A stretch of DNA of 27,218 nucleotides from Planctomycetota bacterium (GTDB lineage Bacteria; JAJVIF01; JAPKYR01), in NCBI GenBank assembly GCA_030673355.1, contig DAOVJF010000001.1:1-27218 (forward strand), written 5' to 3'. Both the position numbers and the translations under genes were made by a program. The notes under the pieces are model-generated. The model saw nothing but the letters and a program-made list of their open reading frames with translations. It was not told the origin of the DNA and ran no database searches. Shown in pieces: positions 1-9,525 of this stretch (positions are counted from its first letter, which is position 1; each line of letters opens with the position of its first letter).

Positions 1-26
1 GAGCAACGGATACACCCGATACACTC

Positions 27-88
27 AGGTGCGCCGACATTCCTGTCGGCATCCATAAATAAAGGCCGACAGGAATGTCGGCGCACCT
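27..88. repeat. REP-like inverted doublet (REPIN-like): 24-bp perfect inverted repeat, each arm itself a hairpin
   Basis: AGGTGCGCCGACATTCCTGTCGGC (27-50) and its exact reverse complement (65-88) flank a 14-nt AT-rich spacer. Each arm contains GCCGACA-TTCC-TGTCGGC. Lies 32 nt past the stop of the 121..2217 gene. Confidence 0.75.
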
Positions 89-120
89 TTGGATCAATCG
101 ATTTGTTTATTGATTTTTAT

Positions 121-2217
121 TTATATACCGCCGCCGAAGCAGGGATCGAAATCCGGCATTTCATCGTTCGTCATTCGTGTGAGATTCGCGCCATTAAACC
201 ACATGCGCCAGATGTCCATATTCTCGTTCTTCCGATCGGATGTGAACGCGATCCACTCGCCATTCCTGGATAACGACGGGAAAAGGTCCATCGCGGGATT
301 TTCCGTAAGCCTTATGGTCGTTTCAACGTAATCCGTGTAAAGGATATCCATGTTCCCCGGTTCATACCGGTCGCTCTGCCAGACCATCCCGGGTTTGAGT
401 TGAGGACCTGAAGCCGGGTATCCGTCGAATGCCGGATCCCATGTAAGGCGTTGTGGAAGGTTGGTTCCTGATTCCTGGCTTGTAGGGTCGATGTAGAAAA
501 TATCGACATTTCCGCCTCCGCCGCGATCCGAATGGAAGAAAAGCCCGGTTCCCATTGGTTCGGAACGGTCGTAATGCGGAGCGTCATCGGTGGCGAAATT
601 GTAGGTTACCCTCAAGGGGATAGGCGGTGGAAAACTACTGACATTTTGTACGGTATAGATTTCGAACTGCCCGAACTCCGCGCCGCTGAAGGCAACCATG
701 GTCCCGGTCGGCGAGAAATCAGGCATTCGATCATCGTAATTGTTCGAGGTCAACTGGTCCCAGTCGCCGGTGTTATCACCCATCGGTTCGACCGGAATAT
801 CACCGGCATATTGAATCTGCAACTTGTAAATTTCGAAGTCGGCTACCGCACCGATATCCTTGTTATAATTGGAGATGAAGACAATTTCAGTACCCGCGAC
901 ATTGCAACTCACCTCCATCTCGTTCGACTCCCGATTGCCATCATGTGTCAGCCTGTATTTCTGGCCGGTCATGAAAAGATGGGTGTATATGTCAGAATCA
1001 TTGCCATTTTGATAACTTGAGTAAACTACCTGCATGTGGTTTGTAGGATCGATGCTGCCCCCGCCTTCATCGACCTCTATCTCGACTCGCTGGTAAATTG
1101 TATCGAAAATCTCATCGTCGGGATCCCCGCTCCAGTCGGTGTCGACACTTTCGGCAACTATGATCGCATCGTAAATGCCTTTGAATTCCTCTTTCTCATT
1201 GTTAATATTAGCCCAGTACTTCCTGAGGGTATCACGCTCGTAAGCACTGAACTCCATTATGAAATCAATCTCATCCGGATCGAAAGGCGGGAATCCATCA
1301 CCCGGAGGCCAGGCATTAACACCGGTTGTCGGCCACTCGTGCATCTGGATGAAATTATCGTTACTGTCGAAAAACAGGTCGGGGCAGTAAATGCTGACGT
1401 CGACGATATCCTCCTGCCAGTCGGCGACAATACATTCGACATAAACCGACGATATATCGCTTTCCACTGGAAGGTCATCCGACTGGTCCCAGCGTGAAAT
1501 CTCATATGGGTCCTTACAATGATCCGGCCAGTTGACATCCACCATCAGGATGACAGCTCCACCGGCTGAACCTTCCGGCACATAAAGAATAAATTCTTCC
1601 TTGTCAGAATAGATTTCCGGGCCGGGTCCGTCGGGGTCACCGAGAAATATACGCTGCTTGTCTTCTTTTTCAAACGCGATAAACGGGTTGATCCACTGCT
1701 CTTCCTCGTCCCATTCCGGATCGGGATCGTATGCAGGGGAGTAACTGTCGGGATTCACAATCTCCCAGGCTTCTTCTGTTTCTATATCGTACGGCAATCC
1801 GGAAACAATAATTCTTAAATCATATGCATCGATTATGGTAGGATTAACCATCTCCATATCAATGTAGAACCACCGTAACGCCGGATCGACTCCGGTAATT
1901 TTCAAAGTCAGGCACTGGCTTCCCGGACAATTAGGGCTATTTAGGAAAGCTGTAATATTGAGATGGATTTCTGACGATCGATGTGGAACCACTTCAATTT
2001 CCAGGGTGTCCGGGTTGATATAGGCGGTTGCCAGCCCGATTGTAGTGCGGCCGGTGTCCAGGCTGATTTCTTCGTAATCGGCTGGTTCATGCACTGGGGG
2101 AGCAACCGTGCTCTTATCCCCCTTCGAGCAGGATATAAAACCTGCCGACAGGAAAATTGCCAGGATAAGTAAAGCAAAAATCGTAATTGATGAATAAAAC
2201 CTGGTTTTTAAAATCAT
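121..2217 (-). CDS. Lipoprotein: shared N-terminal module plus C-terminal PD40/TolB-like beta-propeller
   Basis: Within ORF 121..2244; start moved to ATG 2217 because GGGAGG lies 9 nt upstream. Lipobox-like GFIS-C. PD40-type repeats (DRMPDFSPTGTMVAFSG, DLFPSLSRNGEWIAFTSDR). Module motif PHRSSEIHLNI. Confidence 0.85.
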   Translation of the reverse strand: MILKTRFYSSITIFALLILAIFLSAGFISCSKGDKSTVAPPVHEPADYEEISLDTGRTTIGLATAYINPDTLEIEVVPHRSSEIHLNITAFLNSPNCPGSQCLTLKITGVDPALRWFYIDMEMVNPTIIDAYDLRIIVSGLPYDIETEEAWEIVNPDSYSPAYDPDPEWDEEEQWINPFIAFEKEDKQRIFLGDPDGPGPEIYSDKEEFILYVPEGSAGGAVILMVDVNWPDHCKDPYEISRWDQSDDLPVESDISSVYVECIVADWQEDIVDVSIYCPDLFFDSNDNFIQMHEWPTTGVNAWPPGDGFPPFDPDEIDFIMEFSAYERDTLRKYWANINNEKEEFKGIYDAIIVAESVDTDWSGDPDDEIFDTIYQRVEIEVDEGGGSIDPTNHMQVVYSSYQNGNDSDIYTHLFMTGQKYRLTHDGNRESNEMEVSCNVAGTEIVFISNYNKDIGAVADFEIYKLQIQYAGDIPVEPMGDNTGDWDQLTSNNYDDRMPDFSPTGTMVAFSGAEFGQFEIYTVQNVSSFPPPIPLRVTYNFATDDAPHYDRSEPMGTGLFFHSDRGGGGNVDIFYIDPTSQESGTNLPQRLTWDPAFDGYPASGPQLKPGMVWQSDRYEPGNMDILYTDYVETTIRLTENPAMDLFPSLSRNGEWIAFTSDRKNENMDIWRMWFNGANLTRMTNDEMPDFDPCFGGGI

Positions 2218-2367
2218 AAGGGAAATCCTCCCGACTCGGGACATAGAAATGCATGGTAAACAATTCCGGTCCGATCCGGATTACTATATCAATTTTACCA
2301 TAGCGATGTCGCTCTAACAACAATAAATAAGGGAGCAGGGAAATAGATTGGGTCAAACGAATTGATA

Positions 2368-4227
2368 TTACTCAGCATTTTTCCTGGCCAGCAGGATGTC
2401 AAGGACCGCGATATCACTCGGCTTAACGCCAGAAATCCGGGATGCCTGGCCGAGGGTTCGCGGACGGATTCTCTCCAGCTTATCTCTCGATTCATGGCTG
2501 ATGGACTTGATACCGCCGTACTCAAATCCCACAGGAATCTTCACATTTTCCGCACGGGATATTCGTTTTACTTCGCTCTGCTGCCGGTTTAAGTACCCGG
2601 TGTATTTGATCTCGGATTCGACAGTCATCACAATGTCTTTTGAAAATTCCCCTTCGATCAGACCTTTGCGTAACAAATCTTCCAGTTTGACTCCCGGGAC
2701 CTTCAGCCATTCTGCAAGGTTGCGGGATGGAGGGCCTGCAGCCTCCCGATCAAGAATCCGATCGGCCTTTGCCCTTGTATTCTCAAGAGATTCGGTCAAT
2801 TCCGATATTTTCTTTTCACGGGTCTGATATTTCGACCATCGTTCGTCATCAACAAGTCCGATTTCCCGCCCGAGTGGCGTCAGGCGGCGATCGGCGTCAT
2901 CAAATCGCAGGAGGAGCCGCCATTCGGCTCGTCCGGTGAGCATCCGGTACGGATCGGTTACACCCTTAACCGACAGATCGTCGGTCATTACGCCAAGGTA
3001 CGCCTGGTCGCGTGTAAGAACAACCGGCTCCTCGTCCCTCAGGTATCGAACTGCATTTACACCGCATAATAGGCCAAGCCCGGCGGCTTCCTCGTATCCT
3101 GTCGTCCCGACGAGGTTTCCTGCCAAAAACAGGTTGGGGAATTTTTTCGATGCTCCCCAAACGTGCATCGTCTGTGGATCGATAAAGTCGTATTCTATCG
3201 CGTAACCGTAGCGGACGATTTTCGCGTTCTCCAGACCGGGGATGGAGCGGACATACTGGTCCTGGACATCGGCGGGAAGGCTGGTGGACAGGCCCTGGAG
3301 GTAAATTTCCCCGGATAGATCTCCGGTAGCGGCTTCGGGCTCCAGAAAAACCGGATGGCTTATTTTGTCGGGGAATTTCTGGTATTTATCCTCGATGCTC
3401 GGGCAGTACCTCGGACCTTCCCCTGTAATGTCACCCGAAAAAAGCGCCGCACGCTCGAGGTTCGCCATGATAATCTCACGGGTTTCAGGAACCGTATGGG
3501 TTATGTAACACGGCAGTTTCGGAAGATCGTTAGCTGGCAAATTAAGAAAACTGAAGCCGGGATGCATCGGGTCGGGCGGCTGTAGTTCGAGGTTTTTATA
3601 ATCGATGGAATCCTTGTGAATACGGGGCACGGTGCCGGTTTTTAAGCGATCGAGTTCAATTCCAAGGTTTTTCAGGGAATCCGATAATTTTAACGAAGCG
3701 GCTTCACCTTCCCTGCCCGCCTGGATTCTTTCATCGCCGCGGTATATCATCCCACCGAGGAACGTACCGGTCGCGAGAATGACCGCCCTCGATTTGTATT
3801 CTTCACCATTGTCGAACTTTACACCCGTGATTGAATTTCCATCGGACGTAAGATCGGTAACGATCCCTTCGCGGATTGTAATATTCTCATTTTCATCAAG
3901 GATTGTTTCCCATTCTTTCTGGAAAAGGGATTTATCGCACTGTGCGCGAAGTGCCTGTACAGCGGGGCCTTTTTTTGTGTTGAGCCACCTGACATGAATG
4001 CTCGTTTTATCGGTGACAATTGCCTGCATGCCGCCGAGCGCGTCTATTTCGCGGGTAAGATGGCCTTTCGCGGGTCCGCCGATCGAAGGATTACACGGCA
4101 TCCAGCCTATGCGGTCTTTCCTGACGGCGCATACAAGAACTTTCATGCCGAGTTTCGCAATAGCGTGGGCAGCTTCGCACCCGGCATGTCCACCGCCGAT
4201 AACTATTATGTCGAAAGAGTTATCCAT
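2368..4227 (-). CDS. mnmG: tRNA uridine-5-carboxymethylaminomethyl(34) synthesis enzyme MnmG (GidA)
   Basis: 619 aa; GGGHAGCEAA, MPCNPSIGG, LKTGTVPR, GPRYCPSIEDK, YGYAIEYD, GTTGYEEAA motifs. Confidence 0.97.
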   Translation of the reverse strand: MDNSFDIIVIGGGHAGCEAAHAIAKLGMKVLVCAVRKDRIGWMPCNPSIGGPAKGHLTREIDALGGMQAIVTDKTSIHVRWLNTKKGPAVQALRAQCDKSLFQKEWETILDENENITIREGIVTDLTSDGNSITGVKFDNGEEYKSRAVILATGTFLGGMIYRGDERIQAGREGEAASLKLSDSLKNLGIELDRLKTGTVPRIHKDSIDYKNLELQPPDPMHPGFSFLNLPANDLPKLPCYITHTVPETREIIMANLERAALFSGDITGEGPRYCPSIEDKYQKFPDKISHPVFLEPEAATGDLSGEIYLQGLSTSLPADVQDQYVRSIPGLENAKIVRYGYAIEYDFIDPQTMHVWGASKKFPNLFLAGNLVGTTGYEEAAGLGLLCGVNAVRYLRDEEPVVLTRDQAYLGVMTDDLSVKGVTDPYRMLTGRAEWRLLLRFDDADRRLTPLGREIGLVDDERWSKYQTREKKISELTESLENTRAKADRILDREAAGPPSRNLAEWLKVPGVKLEDLLRKGLIEGEFSKDIVMTVESEIKYTGYLNRQQSEVKRISRAENVKIPVGFEYGGIKSISHESRDKLERIRPRTLGQASRISGVKPSDIAVLDILLARKNAE

Positions 4228-4261
4228 AAATAAAACTGCTGAGAAGGATAGTCTCAGCAGT
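4228..4261 (-). terminator. Intrinsic terminator-like hairpin between the 479-aa lipoprotein gene and mnmG
   Basis: 10-bp stem ACTGCTGAGA (4235-4244)/TCTCAGCAGT (4252-4261), 7-nt loop, followed on the minus strand by TTTATTT. Confidence 0.65.
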
Positions 4262-4299
4262 GAAAGTAATCAAGAATGGCCTGGTTAATAAAACCATTA

Positions 4300-5739
4300 T
4301 CAAAAATAAATCGTAATCTCCAATGGCTCATCGAGTTGACCGATATCCATTTCATCGTCCATGATCAGAATCTGTACATAGTGGGTTCCAATTGCAATCC
4401 AACTATGTGTTGTTTCACCCGGTTCCTCCCAAAAAAGCGAATCATTATTCCAGTCCCACAGGTATTGAACTATCTCTTCACCACCCTCATCGTTGTCGTA
4501 AGAGACCGTGGCGTCGAAATAGATAACTTCTCCAATTTTCGCTACAGTCGTACTGGCTTCAAGCAGAGCGGTAGGGGGATTGTAAACCTGGACCGTAACT
4601 TCGCAATCGAACAACTGGTAGGCGGTCAGATCCAGCCATGGTTTGTCAACCGGATCATTTTCATTATCTTCCACACTAACAAGGACCATGTAATATCCCG
4701 GTGGAACACCGAAGTCGTTATGGAGACCAACTTTCCATTGGCTGAAACCATCCCCGTCCTCGAACCATTCAGCAGTTTTCACTCCATTGAAAAATTCCGG
4801 ACATTCTATAACCGGTTCGTGATGGGTCGTGCTGCCCTGCCAGTCATATACATCAATCGTAAGGAGAGTCATTCCCCATGCTCCCATAGGGTCACCTGTA
4901 ACTTCGATTACCCATGGTTCCGGGCTGTTCGCATCGAGGTCGAAATCGGTCATTGGGTCCTCAACAGGATTATTTACCGGGGCATCCCAGTTTGCATCGA
5001 CCGCATAACCGATGATTATTGGTCCGGCAGGTAGCTGAACAGTGTAAGTCCGGGTGTCGGATGAAGCCGCATTAAGTGCGTTGCGAGTGTTGGCGGGATC
5101 GTCCGACCAGTGTCGAATGTATCCGTTCAGTGTTCCATTCGGAGGATTTATGGAAGTGGTTTTGCCTTTCAAATACGCCTGAATTTCAGGTGCGGTGTCG
5201 AGAGTCGTAATGTTGTAAAGCGATGTGTACCCGTCGGCATTAAGAAGAACACCGTTACCGAGGTAAGGATCGGATGCGATCAGTCCTGACTCGGGATAAG
5301 TGTGTCCGGCGTCGAGCATGAAAATGCCCCTTACATCGAACACTGTAAAATTCGGATGGTCCAGCGGGTGTGTTATCTCGATGTCGATATCTATGACGCC
5401 GGGAGTAGGGACAGACGCTCCAACGATTTTAAAACAATCCGTACATGGACCATACTCAAGGAATTTCAGGATGTTCAAATGAATCTCCGCGTCGCGTAAC
5501 GGTATAATTTCGATCTCGATATTCTCCGGATCGGTTGGGTCGAAATAAATCAGGTTGTACGTAAGTAGAAACCTGTTACCTGTTCGGGATGATTCCCCAT
5601 TTGACCCGGATGTCAGATCGGAAGCATTATCCTTCCCAACACTGACAACAGGTGCCGAAGGCCCTCCACTCCCGGAGCAACCGTAAAGCAGGGCGATAAT
5701 AATTATCGTGAAAAATCCAATTGTCAGTCTGCAATACAT
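4300..5739 (-). CDS. Lipoprotein: shared N-terminal module plus one PKD domain
   Basis: 479 aa; LLYG-C lipobox; PLRDAEIHLNILKFLEYGPCTDC; C-terminal PKD (YFDATVSYDND...YLWDWNND...HSW...G.HYVQI). Confidence 0.88.
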   Translation of the reverse strand: MYCRLTIGFFTIIIIALLYGCSGSGGPSAPVVSVGKDNASDLTSGSNGESSRTGNRFLLTYNLIYFDPTDPENIEIEIIPLRDAEIHLNILKFLEYGPCTDCFKIVGASVPTPGVIDIDIEITHPLDHPNFTVFDVRGIFMLDAGHTYPESGLIASDPYLGNGVLLNADGYTSLYNITTLDTAPEIQAYLKGKTTSINPPNGTLNGYIRHWSDDPANTRNALNAASSDTRTYTVQLPAGPIIIGYAVDANWDAPVNNPVEDPMTDFDLDANSPEPWVIEVTGDPMGAWGMTLLTIDVYDWQGSTTHHEPVIECPEFFNGVKTAEWFEDGDGFSQWKVGLHNDFGVPPGYYMVLVSVEDNENDPVDKPWLDLTAYQLFDCEVTVQVYNPPTALLEASTTVAKIGEVIYFDATVSYDNDEGGEEIVQYLWDWNNDSLFWEEPGETTHSWIAIGTHYVQILIMDDEMDIGQLDEPLEITIYF

Positions 5740-5766
5740 TTCACTGTTCCAAAGTGGCGGGTTATG

Positions 5767-8700
5767 TCACCACCATAAGCCGTCCGGCCGGAATTTCATC
5801 ACGAACGACGCCCAGGTACTGGTGCTGCTGTGAATATCCGTGCCGGAGCCGGGATCGAAATCGATATCGCCGTCGAAAATCCCGGTTACATAAACTCCCG
5901 AAGTTCCGAATACAGCAATCCCCCTGCTAAAAACATAATCAATGGACCCTGAGTTGACACTCCCCCAGTTATGTCCCCACAGGTAATTTCCATCCTGGTC
6001 CAGACTTACAAGAATTCCATCCCAGGCACCAACAGCAGACCTGTTATCGGTGTCAGGCCCCGGATCCAGGTCTATTTCCTCCGCTATAATCCCGCTCATG
6101 AAAATATTATTTTCATCATCCGTTATAACGGCAGTACATAACATCTTATCGAAGGCGGATGCCTGCCAGGTGTCGGCCCACAGGAAATTCCCCTGCGAGT
6201 CAAACTTGCTGAGATATCCGGCATCACCCTCAAACATTTGGATACCAGTACCCGGATCAAGATCCTTGGTGCCCTCGAAACCGCCAATTACAAGCACATT
6301 ATCCAGGCTATCCACAGTTACATAACTTCCACCCCAATGGTGCCATAACATGGTCCAGTATGGTAACTCGCAGAAGCCAATCGCTTCCCAGGTTTTAACC
6401 CAGGCAAACTCACCTGACCCGGTCCACTTCAGGAGATAGACATCACCATAGGTTCCGGATGATGTGTGTTCAACAACGCCAACGCCCGGATCGAAATCGA
6501 CTGTACCCGTAAACCCACCGGTGACGTATATATCGCTGTTACTGTCTGTGGCTACACCGAATACAGTTTCACCGGACAGGGACCCGGTATTCATACTCCC
6601 CCATATCTGTACCCACTGGTAATCGCCATTTGCTGTAAATTTTGTGAGAAAAGCATCAAAACCCCCACCATTATATCCGTTGGAAAATTGGAAATCGGTC
6701 AATGGACCCGGATCGAAATCGCAGAGCCCACGGAAGATACCCACTACGTAAACTTCATCAAATTCATCCACTGCGACTCCGGTGCCTCTTTCCCACCAGT
6801 CGGGCATTCCGGACAACTCCCCTCCCCAGGTTCGGGCCCACTGGAAATCACCTCCGGAATTGTACTTAACCAGGAAAATATCCGACACCCCGTTACAGGT
6901 ATGGATATCCTCCCCAGGACCAGGGTCGAAATCCTCCGTCACGGTAAAAACACCCGTTACGTAAATATTATCGCTACTGTCAATTGCTATTCCATCCCCT
7001 GCACATATGAAATCATGACCCTCCGGCCACGTAACGTCCCAGATCAAAACCCCAAGCGGACTAAATTTTCTCAGCACCGCCCTGTTATCAGTTTCGTGGT
7101 CGAAGCCGGTGACCAGGATATCCCCATTGCTGTCAGTAGCCACTTCGTTGTGCCATTGATCACTTTGATCGGTCAATGTCTGAACCCATCCCAGCTCCTC
7201 CGGTGAGAGAATTGTGATTTCAATCGACTCATCCAGAAGATCCCACGATCCCTCATCGTCCGTCACCCGAAGCTGGACCTGGTATGTGCCGCCCGCGTCC
7301 CATGAATGGCTTGTCACGGCAGTTTCCTCGACAAAATTCAGATCGCCGTCCCAGTCCCATTCATACATGACGATCGACTCATCTCCCTCATCGTTGTCAT
7401 GGGAAGCGGAAGCATCGAAATCGATTAATTCACCAATACCGGTAATATTAATATTCGCAAAAGCTTCCGCGGTCGGGAGTTGATCCGGCTCGTAAACTGA
7501 GATTTCAATCGGAGCATCGAGGAGGTCGGTCGATCCTTCATCGTCGGTGACACGGAGCTGGACTTCGTAAAGTCCAGGCGTATCCCATGAATGGCTTGTT
7601 TCCGCGGTTTCCTCAATGAAGATCAAATCGCCGGTCCAGTCCCATTCGTACATGACAATAGATTCGCCGGCTTCGTCGTTGTCATGGGAGCCTGTCGCGT
7701 CGAAAAAGATTAATTCATCCATCGCGGTGGAAATATCACTCGACTCCGCTACGGCGGTAGGGAGTTCATCCGGCACGTTAATCGTGATTTCCAATGATTC
7801 GTCAAGGATGTCTGTCTCCCCTTCATCGTCGGTTACACGAAGCTGCACCTGGTAAATCCCCGGTGTCGCCCACGAATGGCTGGTCACCATAGTTTCCTCG
7901 ACAAAATTCATATCACCGTTCCAGTCCCATTCAAATGTGACAATCGATTCACCAGCCTCGTCATTATCGTGTGAGCCGGTGGCGTCGAAATCTATCGGGA
8001 CATCGGTTTCGCCGGTATACGTACTCGGAACAGCTTCCGCTGTCGGCGGCAGGTCGGAGCCTAGAATTGTAATTTCAATCTCTTCATCGAGAAGATCTGT
8101 GGAGCCTTCATCGTCGGTTACACGTAACTGCACAAAATAAGTTCCCGAGATGCCCCACGAATGGCTGGCCACAACCGGTCCCTCGACAAAATTCTCATCG
8201 CCGTCCCAGTCCCATTCGTATTTGACAATAGACTCGCCAGCCTCATCGTTGTCATGGGAAGTGGATGCATCGAATTCGATCGATTCACCGATATCTGCTG
8301 TATTCTTGTCAGCAAAAGCCTCTGCGGTCGGGAGTTCATCGATGAACGCTATAACTTCGATGTTAAACAACTGGTAAGCGGTCAGGTCGAGCCAGGGCTG
8401 TCCAACGGGGTCATTTTGCGTATCTTCCACACTCACAAGGCACATGTACTCACCAGGTCCGGCATAATTACTATTAGAAATGATCGCCTTCCAGATGCTG
8501 TAGCCATCACCGTCCCCGGCGTACATGGCGGTCTTTGTCCCGCCAAACAATTCAGGGCATTCAACCAGCGGGAAGAAGTAAGTTTGTTTTCCCTGCCAGT
8601 CATAAACATCGATTGTCAGGATTGTTTCGTCGCTGTCCCCGATCGGGTCGCCGCTGACATACATTTTCCATGGTTCCGGGCTGTTGGCATCCAGGCCGAA

Positions 8701-9495
8701 ATCGGTCATAGGATTCACCACAGGATCAACAATCGGCATTGCCCAGTTCGCGTCGACCGCGTAACCGATCACAAAAGGACCCGTTGTGATTTTAAGAGAA
8801 TATGTTTTAGTGTCGGATGCAGCCGCGTACAGGGCGTAACGGGTGTTAGCCGCGTCGTCCGACCAGTGCCTGATGTAACCGTTCAAAGTTCCATTCGGAG
8901 GATCGGGCGTGGTGATTTTCCCCTTGAAATAAGTCAGAAAATCCGGCGCCGCGCCGAGAGTTGTGATGTTGTAAAGTGCGGTATATCCATCGGCGTTCAA
9001 AAGAGCGCCATTTCCGAGTGAGACATCGGATGTTATCAGTCCCGCATCCGGAAATCCATGGCTGGCATCGAACATCATAATTCCACGCACATCGAAAATG
9101 GTGAAATCAGGACTTGGAAGAGGATGAGTAATTTGTATATCGACATCGAGCACACCCGGTTCGGGAATGTTAAATCCCATAATTTTGAAACAGTCCGTAC
9201 ATGGCGCCTGTTCAAGGAATTTCAGGATATTCAGATGCAATCCTGCATCGCGCAACGGTACATTTTCGATCTCGATATTTTCGGGATCGGTCGGATCGAT
9301 GTAAACCAGGTTGTACGTCAGGACAAACCTGTTGCCGGTTCCCGAAGAATCACGGACGGTTTCACCGGTCAGATCGATTGATGAATCGGTTTCGCCGGGA
9401 ATGACGGGTGACGATGTATCTTTACCACCGGAACACCCATAGAATAAAACCACAATAAGAAATGCGGTCAGACTTAAAGACCATTTAAATCTCAT
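5767..9495 (-). CDS. Lipoprotein: shared N-terminal module, four PKD domains, SBBP-type beta-propeller
   Basis: 1242 aa; LFYG-C lipobox; GGGAGG upstream; four FDA..SHDNDE..ESIV.(Y/F)EWDW.GD...VQLRVTDDEG units; repeated DFDPG.G...D.FL.K...G...W..TWG blades. Confidence 0.9.
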   Translation of the reverse strand: MRFKWSLSLTAFLIVVLFYGCSGGKDTSSPVIPGETDSSIDLTGETVRDSSGTGNRFVLTYNLVYIDPTDPENIEIENVPLRDAGLHLNILKFLEQAPCTDCFKIMGFNIPEPGVLDVDIQITHPLPSPDFTIFDVRGIMMFDASHGFPDAGLITSDVSLGNGALLNADGYTALYNITTLGAAPDFLTYFKGKITTPDPPNGTLNGYIRHWSDDAANTRYALYAAASDTKTYSLKITTGPFVIGYAVDANWAMPIVDPVVNPMTDFGLDANSPEPWKMYVSGDPIGDSDETILTIDVYDWQGKQTYFFPLVECPELFGGTKTAMYAGDGDGYSIWKAIISNSNYAGPGEYMCLVSVEDTQNDPVGQPWLDLTAYQLFNIEVIAFIDELPTAEAFADKNTADIGESIEFDASTSHDNDEAGESIVKYEWDWDGDENFVEGPVVASHSWGISGTYFVQLRVTDDEGSTDLLDEEIEITILGSDLPPTAEAVPSTYTGETDVPIDFDATGSHDNDEAGESIVTFEWDWNGDMNFVEETMVTSHSWATPGIYQVQLRVTDDEGETDILDESLEITINVPDELPTAVAESSDISTAMDELIFFDATGSHDNDEAGESIVMYEWDWTGDLIFIEETAETSHSWDTPGLYEVQLRVTDDEGSTDLLDAPIEISVYEPDQLPTAEAFANINITGIGELIDFDASASHDNDEGDESIVMYEWDWDGDLNFVEETAVTSHSWDAGGTYQVQLRVTDDEGSWDLLDESIEITILSPEELGWVQTLTDQSDQWHNEVATDSNGDILVTGFDHETDNRAVLRKFSPLGVLIWDVTWPEGHDFICAGDGIAIDSSDNIYVTGVFTVTEDFDPGPGEDIHTCNGVSDIFLVKYNSGGDFQWARTWGGELSGMPDWWERGTGVAVDEFDEVYVVGIFRGLCDFDPGPLTDFQFSNGYNGGGFDAFLTKFTANGDYQWVQIWGSMNTGSLSGETVFGVATDSNSDIYVTGGFTGTVDFDPGVGVVEHTSSGTYGDVYLLKWTGSGEFAWVKTWEAIGFCELPYWTMLWHHWGGSYVTVDSLDNVLVIGGFEGTKDLDPGTGIQMFEGDAGYLSKFDSQGNFLWADTWQASAFDKMLCTAVITDDENNIFMSGIIAEEIDLDPGPDTDNRSAVGAWDGILVSLDQDGNYLWGHNWGSVNSGSIDYVFSRGIAVFGTSGVYVTGIFDGDIDFDPGSGTDIHSSTSTWASFVMKFRPDGLWW
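7205..8340 (-). repeat. Four tandem PKD-coding units (about 284 bp each) inside the 1242-aa gene
   Basis: Four units start at (D/P)xLPT and end at (I/L)EI(T/S); recurring DNA blocks such as CCTTCATCGTCGGT and CCAGTCCCATTC. Confidence 0.9.
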
Positions 9496-9525
9496 ATCTG
9501 ATCCTCCCTTTCGGAGTAAGAATTT

